Positions 7,807-12,051 of a stretch of DNA of 12,051 bases are shown here, in pieces (within the stretch, counting starts at the first letter, position 1; every line of letters begins with the position of its first letter). This DNA comes from Candidatus Thorarchaeota archaeon (lineage in GTDB: Archaea > Asgardarchaeota > Thorarchaeia > Thorarchaeales > Thorarchaeaceae): assembly GCA_048882485.1 (NCBI GenBank), contig JBHLRP010000074.1, forward strand, positions 1-12,051. The letters run 5' to 3'. Under the pieces are notes generated by a model that saw nothing but the letters and a program-made list of their open reading frames with translations, did no database searches and was not told the DNA's origin. The position numbers and the translations under genes are program-made.

Positions 7807-8148
7807 CTATCGCCGTCTTCCACCTGTGAATGACCAGTCTACTTGAACCATCTCTTCGGGGAATCCTAGCTTCGCCAAGACATCAGTGATGATACCACGG
7901 TGGTCTCCTTGTAATTCAACATGGCCATGCTTTGCAGCTCCACCGCAGGCTAGCTTGCCTTTGAGCTTTGTAGCTAGGTCTCCAAGATCAATATTCTTGT
8001 CAAAACCTTCAATCACGGTCGTAAGGCGACCCCATTTTCTTCGTTCAACAGTCACAGTAATGCGGGCTTCTTCTTGAGCTATGGTCTCACAGACACACAG
8101 GTCAAGTGGCAATCCGCAATTTGGGCATATTCCACCTTCATCGCTCAC
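7807..8148 (-). CDS. Translation initiation factor aIF-1 (SUI1/YciH family)
   Basis: CPNCGLPLDLCVC N-terminus, ERRKWGR.TTVIEG, LK.KLACGG and VELQGDHR. GTG start. Confidence 0.95.
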   Translation of the reverse strand: MSDEGGICPNCGLPLDLCVCETIAQEEARITVTVERRKWGRLTTVIEGFDKNIDLGDLATKLKGKLACGGAAKHGHVELQGDHRGIITDVLAKLGFPEEMVQVDWSFTGGRRR

Positions 8149-8198
8149 GCAGTAGTATACTCCTGAAAGTTGGTTTTACAAAGATGGCTATTTTCACA

Positions 8199-8206
8199 CA
8201 TATAAG
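8199..8206 (-). promoter_or_regulatory. Putative TATA box for aIF-1
   Basis: Minus strand agaaCTTATATG about 50 nt upstream of the GTG. Confidence 0.45.
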
Positions 8207-8288
8207 TTCTATGAAGGTGAACATGAATTAGAGGGAGAATCAATGTTATTGGTAAGAGTAAAGAACCTTCAGTATACCGATTTCAGCT

Positions 8289-9878
8289 ATGCAGAGTGGA
8301 GTCTTAATTGTAGATGCGCTGAGTGCTGGAACAGGACGCCGAACCAGTTCACGAGACTCCATTGGCTGCGGCCCACGTTCAGTAGCAGGTGTATTTGAGC
8401 GACATGAGATTCCGTGCCGCATTGCAAGAGTAGAGAGCGTGCTTTCGAATCCCAGACAAATGAGAAGTTTCCATCACATTGCTATTAGTGCCATGACTAT
8501 GGACCTGCCAGTTGTTAGGAAAGTAGCTGGGAAATGGAAACGAATGAGTCCAGAGGGGAGGCTACTTTTAGGAGGCCCAGTGACAGCCAAGCCAGTTGCA
8601 ACCCTGAAGGATGTTAAACCCGATATACTGGTCTTGGGAGAGGGAGAAGCCACTCTGGACGAGCTCGTTAGCATCGGATTTCTTGAGGAAAAAGTTGACT
8701 GTTCTGTTGTTCAAGGAGTCGCATTCCTCGATGAGAGGTCCCCCAAGATTACTCCATTAAGGAGATTTCTCACCCCTGAAGAGCTGTCTTCGGTATTTGT
8801 GCCTTCTTCAACAAGAATTGTCGACTATGATGCATATCAGGCTGCTCGGGTTTATGTAGAAACTGTAAGAGGCTGTTCCAATTTCAGACGAACGACAATC
8901 GCACTTCCCAGCGGTCAAGAATGCACCGATTGTAGCAACTGTGACTCGCCTGACTTGGAAGCAAGACTCGACTGCCCCGAGAACATTCCTCCTGGATGTG
9001 GATTCTGCAGTGTGCCCGGCACTTGGGGGCCGCCAAGAAGTCGTACAGAAGAAGCAATTTTGCGTGATGTTTCCGAGCTGATAGAACTTGGAGTGCACCG
9101 AGTTGTCTTGGAAGCCCCTGACTTCCTAGACTATCATCGAGGTCAAGATGGTTTAACTGATCCCTGTAGTCCACCAGCTAACAGCGAGGCCATGAGTCGG
9201 TTGCTTCATAGACTGGCATCATTACCGGAAGTCGCGGAAGGCAACGTGCATCTATCAATTGAGAATATGAAGGCCTGCTTGTTCACCGAGAAGGTTGCAG
9301 CTGTCCTATCAGAATCAATGCAGGGCATCTCTCCAAATATTGGCCTTGAGTCAGGGTCTGACGAACATCTGAGAAGTATTGGAAAATGTGGAAGCTCAGG
9401 CGACGTATTGCGAGCAGTGAGAATCGCAAAAGCTCATGATATGGCTCCATTTGTGTATCTGATATATGGTCTGCCTGGTGAAACTCCTGAAACTGTGAAG
9501 GCGTCTGTAAATCTGATGAGAGAAGTTGCTAAGGCTGGTGCAGAGAGAATAATCCTGTATGGCTTTAGGGCTCTGCCTGGATCTGCATTTGCAGACTTTC
9601 CTGAACCACATCCAAAGGACTCGATCAGCGCGCCACTTCGAAAGGAGGCGGCTCGAATTAACCGAGCGCGCAAGGACAAGCATGTAGGCACTATTGTCCG
9701 TGGAGTAGTGGCTGAACCCTCTTTGACTCATCGTGGATATTCCATGGTGTATCCATTGAGTGAAGGACCCCTAATGACAGTGAGAGGTGGGTATTCCCCT
9801 GGAACGGTGCTTCGAGTCAAAGTGGTAAAGGTTCTGAGTAGCGGTCTGGTCGAGGGCATTGTGACAGAGGACCGCTAG
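8289..9878 (+). CDS. Uncharacterised radical SAM protein with N-terminal cobalamin-binding-like domain and C-terminal TRAM-like domain
   Basis: B12-domain-type motifs IAISAMT, LLLGGP and DILVLGEGE. Core motifs YVETVRGC...GCGFC, RSR, NIGLESGS...L..IGK and YLIYGLPGET. C-terminal beta-rich VGTIVRGVV...GTVLRVKV......VEG resembles TRAM. Confidence 0.85.
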   Translation: MQSGVLIVDALSAGTGRRTSSRDSIGCGPRSVAGVFERHEIPCRIARVESVLSNPRQMRSFHHIAISAMTMDLPVVRKVAGKWKRMSPEGRLLLGGPVTAKPVATLKDVKPDILVLGEGEATLDELVSIGFLEEKVDCSVVQGVAFLDERSPKITPLRRFLTPEELSSVFVPSSTRIVDYDAYQAARVYVETVRGCSNFRRTTIALPSGQECTDCSNCDSPDLEARLDCPENIPPGCGFCSVPGTWGPPRSRTEEAILRDVSELIELGVHRVVLEAPDFLDYHRGQDGLTDPCSPPANSEAMSRLLHRLASLPEVAEGNVHLSIENMKACLFTEKVAAVLSESMQGISPNIGLESGSDEHLRSIGKCGSSGDVLRAVRIAKAHDMAPFVYLIYGLPGETPETVKASVNLMREVAKAGAERIILYGFRALPGSAFADFPEPHPKDSISAPLRKEAARINRARKDKHVGTIVRGVVAEPSLTHRGYSMVYPLSEGPLMTVRGGYSPGTVLRVKVVKVLSSGLVEGIVTEDR

Positions 9879-9983
9879 GATTTGTGGCTATAGCCAGTCA
9901 TAAGAAAAGCTTCATATGCAGAGAATTCCGGCGAGATGCTGAACGAACCACCAATTTTGTCAGGTTCTCCGAGGCGATATTTA

Positions 9984-10127
9984 ATGGTCTACATTTGCCA
10001 TAGCTGTCACAAAGAAGTCACTCCCGAAGGTTTGAAGACTCTTCCAGGTGTGAAATGTCCATACTGTGGAGGCCGAATTCTATACAAGATTCGTCCACCT
10101 GTTGTAAAGAGAGTAAAGGGAGTCTAA
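9984..10127 (+). CDS. rpoP: DNA-directed RNA polymerase subunit P (Rpo12), 47 aa
   Basis: MVYICHSC...VKCPYCGGRILYKIRPPVVKRVK Zn-ribbon signature. SD-like GAGGCGA at 9971-9977 precedes ATG 9984. Confidence 0.93.
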   Translation: MVYICHSCHKEVTPEGLKTLPGVKCPYCGGRILYKIRPPVVKRVKGV

Positions 10128-10149
10128 TTCATTCTGTCCTGAATCGAGT

Positions 10150-10248
10150 TCAAGGCTTGTACAACAGGTAAATCGCCGCAATTGCTGATGCCAGAAATAG
10201 GAATATGAAGAGTGCAGCTCCAATCTTGAGTCTTAGTGACCGTCTCAT
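10150..10248 (-). CDS. Putative 32-aa single-pass membrane microprotein
   Basis: Not in ORF track. MRRSLRLKIGAALFIFLFLASAIAAIYLLYKP*. The ATG overlaps the get3 stop (TAATG) and GGAG lies 10 nt upstream. Basic N-terminus followed by 22 consecutive uncharged, mostly hydrophobic residues. Confidence 0.7.
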   Translation of the reverse strand: MRRSLRLKIGAALFIFLFLASAIAAIYLLYKP

Positions 10249-11207
10249 TATTGCTCTTCTCCAATGAGAATCTTGCCTAGCTCTGTGAGCCCATCAATGC
10301 CTCGAATCTCTTTGTCGAATAGAGGCACTTCTGTTATATCAAGGTCCTTGTAGAGGTCCTTGATATCCACCATATTAGATTGTTGCATCTCTCTTCTTGT
10401 GCTGCAGAAGACACAGTCGGGATTGGGAGGTACAAGTTGATTCACAATTATGTTGCTAGCTGGGATGTTCCAGCTGTGAAGACTCCCCAGTAGTCTTTGG
10501 GTTTCAAACACAGCCATTGCTTCTGGTATCATCACAATTGCGAACTGAGTCATCTCAGGATCAGATAGCTGTATTCTTGCAGCAAGGATCTTGTCTTTTG
10601 TACGCTGCAACATCTCCCAGGATGACTCGTCCTGAGCACCACCTCCGAACATTGCCCTTAGTCCTGACATCATGGAACTCAATCTCTGTCGTAGAGTGAG
10701 CATTCTTCCAAGCCAGCTATCTAGTAGATCAGGCAGTTCTAGAAGCTTCAAGGTGTGTCCTGTCGGTGCTGTATCGAAGATTACTCTATCGTAGGATGTG
10801 TCTTCAAGAAACTCCAGCATCTTTCCAAATGCCATAGCTTCGTCTGAGCCAGGAGGCGACATTGCACCGATATCTCCAACAAGCTGTGATGCCATTTCCA
10901 ATTCTGGTCCAGCCACGCCATCTCCTATTGAAGTCTGAAATTCCTGCATGCCTTTCGCAGTGTCGATTTCCATTCCCCAGAGATTCTTCACTCCCTTGAT
11001 CTCAATTATCTCTCCGCCTGAAAGGTCCTGATCAAAGCTATCACTCAGACTATGAGCAGGGTCTGTTGACATCACTAGAGTTCGAAATCCATGTCTCGCT
11101 GAAAGAAGTGCCATTGCACCTGCACAACTAGTCTTACCAACTCCACCCTTTCCACCCGATAGGATGAACTTGATGTTATCATTGAAGACGATTTCATTTA
11201 TTGTCAT
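10248..11207 (-). CDS. get3: Get3/TRC40/ArsA-family ATPase, single-domain Get3-like form (319 aa)
   Basis: GGKGGVGKTS, STDPAHSLSD, PG.DEAMAF, DTAPTGHTL, Met-rich insert RMLTLRQRLSSMMSGLRAMFGG and CVFC (10404-10415). ATG 11207 follows SD GAGGT, so the track start 11294 is unlikely. Confidence 0.9.
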   Translation of the reverse strand: MTINEIVFNDNIKFILSGGKGGVGKTSCAGAMALLSARHGFRTLVMSTDPAHSLSDSFDQDLSGGEIIEIKGVKNLWGMEIDTAKGMQEFQTSIGDGVAGPELEMASQLVGDIGAMSPPGSDEAMAFGKMLEFLEDTSYDRVIFDTAPTGHTLKLLELPDLLDSWLGRMLTLRQRLSSMMSGLRAMFGGGAQDESSWEMLQRTKDKILAARIQLSDPEMTQFAIVMIPEAMAVFETQRLLGSLHSWNIPASNIIVNQLVPPNPDCVFCSTRREMQQSNMVDIKDLYKDLDITEVPLFDKEIRGIDGLTELGKILIGEEQ

Positions 11208-11278
11208 TCCCTGACCTCTAGCGGCACAGGCTCGTGTCAGTCTATTAATGCTTCCATGCATCCAGAAACACCATGCAT

Positions 11279-11287
11279 AAGTATAAG
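11279..11287. promoter_or_regulatory. AT-rich TATA-like element in the divergent get3 / AlkP-like intergenic region
   Basis: Reads cTTATACTT toward get3 and TATAAG toward the + strand gene. Confidence 0.35.
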
Positions 11288-11368
11288 CGCGCAATATCTA
11301 ATGACGTACGACAAGGAGTCTCATCACGTCTGAGCCCCCCAAAAAGCGCAAACTCTGAGGATATCTCT

Positions 11369-12051
11369 ATGTCATCTTTCCCACAAGTAAGGACTTCAGC
11401 ACTCGAATTTCCATCCACCATTATTCGATTGATGGGAATATCTCCTCCTGAGGGAATGCCGCCACCAAATGCAGAGATACTTGCGAAGTTCAATCCCTCT
11501 GCAGTTGTCATGGTCATCATCGACAACTTTGGGCTATTTGAGGCAGTGGTCTACAAGCCTGAGGCTATGATAAAGAATCTAGAGGCACTTGCATTGATTG
11601 AAACTGATGATCCCTATGCAATCCCTCTGATGACAGCTCTGCTTCGCCCCTTGGATGGATTTCACATCATGAGGCATGCTCGTAACTACGGGAAGTCAGT
11701 CAAACTGATTTGCAGAGAAGAGGACACAGACATCCTTGGTTTTGATTCAGGTATTACCGTGCACAAGCGTGATGATATGGCGACATATGTGGAGGCGACA
11801 AAACACATTTTCAAGACAGAAGTGCTCTATCTCCACTTTCTCGACTTTGAGAGTCTCTATGCTCAGTATGGCCATAGAACTCCACCTAAGACACTCCTTG
11901 AGAAGATTGTGCGAAGAACTGACAACTGGGTGAAGGTGTTGCTAAAACAGGCAAGGGTTGGGACGTTATTCATCGTGATAGGGAATCATGGTAGACATCC
12001 AATACCCTTGGATTATGAAGGCAAGCTAGCAGAGTGGCGGAAGGCCAATGC
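11369..12051 (+). CDS. Divergent alkaline-phosphatase-superfamily (NPP/metalloenzyme-like) protein, 3' end outside the window
   Basis: Not in ORF track. Open for 227 codons to the window edge: MSSFPQVRTSALEFPSTIIRLMG...AVVMVIIDNFGL...VLYLHFLDFESLYAQYG...RTDNWVKVLL....GTLFIVIGNHGRHP. GAGG at 11357-11360. An alternative in-frame ATG exists at 11273. Fold assigned by eye. Confidence 0.65.
   Translation, partial: MSSFPQVRTSALEFPSTIIRLMGISPPEGMPPPNAEILAKFNPSAVVMVIIDNFGLFEAVVYKPEAMIKNLEALALIETDDPYAIPLMTALLRPLDGFHIMRHARNYGKSVKLICREEDTDILGFDSGITVHKRDDMATYVEATKHIFKTEVLYLHFLDFESLYAQYGHRTPPKTLLEKIVRRTDNWVKVLLKQARVGTLFIVIGNHGRHPIPLDYEGKLAEWRKAN

Noticed and set aside
8089-8130. Cys-rich N-terminus of aIF-1
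   Set aside because: Common in archaeal aIF-1 and not novel.
8154-8277. AGTATAC near both divergent start codons (aIF-1 and radical SAM)
   Set aside because: A 7-mer at different distances from the two starts is not distinguishable from chance.
8243-8398. 51-aa out-of-frame ORF (MLLVRVKN...) with upstream GGAG overlapping the radical SAM start
   Set aside because: Mostly overlaps the radical SAM coding region and has no recognisable features.
11301-11334. AUGA...CUGA stem-loop resembling a SECIS or C/D K-turn
   Set aside because: The pairing register does not give tandem G.A pairs plus a stem, it is too short for a C/D RNA, and no Sec-codon gene is nearby.
3881-11933. Remaining short track ORFs antisense or out of frame to the called genes (e.g. 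4402-4653, 5598-5888, 8808-9174, 9396-9731, 11245-11526, 11736-11933)
   Set aside because: They overlap better-supported CDSs and have no motifs.

Overview
Gene-dense archaeal chromosomal region. TFB, aIF-1, Rpo12, type II MetAP and group II GGGP synthase show it is archaeal. A stand-alone roadblock/LC7 gene, a Get3-type ATPase and an HdrA-MvhD fusion suggest an Asgard (possibly Thorarchaeia-like) origin, but that is inference. Left to right: hdrB (partial), hdrC and hdrA-mvhD (-); then ygbA-family gene, GGGP synthase, roadblock, map and tfb (+); aIF-1 (-); a B12-like/radical SAM/TRAM-like enzyme and rpoP (+); a 32-aa single-TM microprotein and get3 (-); and a partial, degenerate alkaline-phosphatase-superfamily gene (+). 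Three CDSs missing from the supplied ORF track were translated by hand: hdrB, the microprotein and the AlkP-like gene. Top candidates for novelty: (1) a tail-anchor-like microprotein overlapping the get3 stop codon; (2) a radical SAM enzyme whose cluster motif is split by a four-Cys insert; (3) a histone-H1-like Lys-rich tail on HdrA-MvhD; (4) an apparent AlkP pseudo-enzyme divergent from get3. No tRNA, rRNA, CRISPR array or mobile element was recognised.
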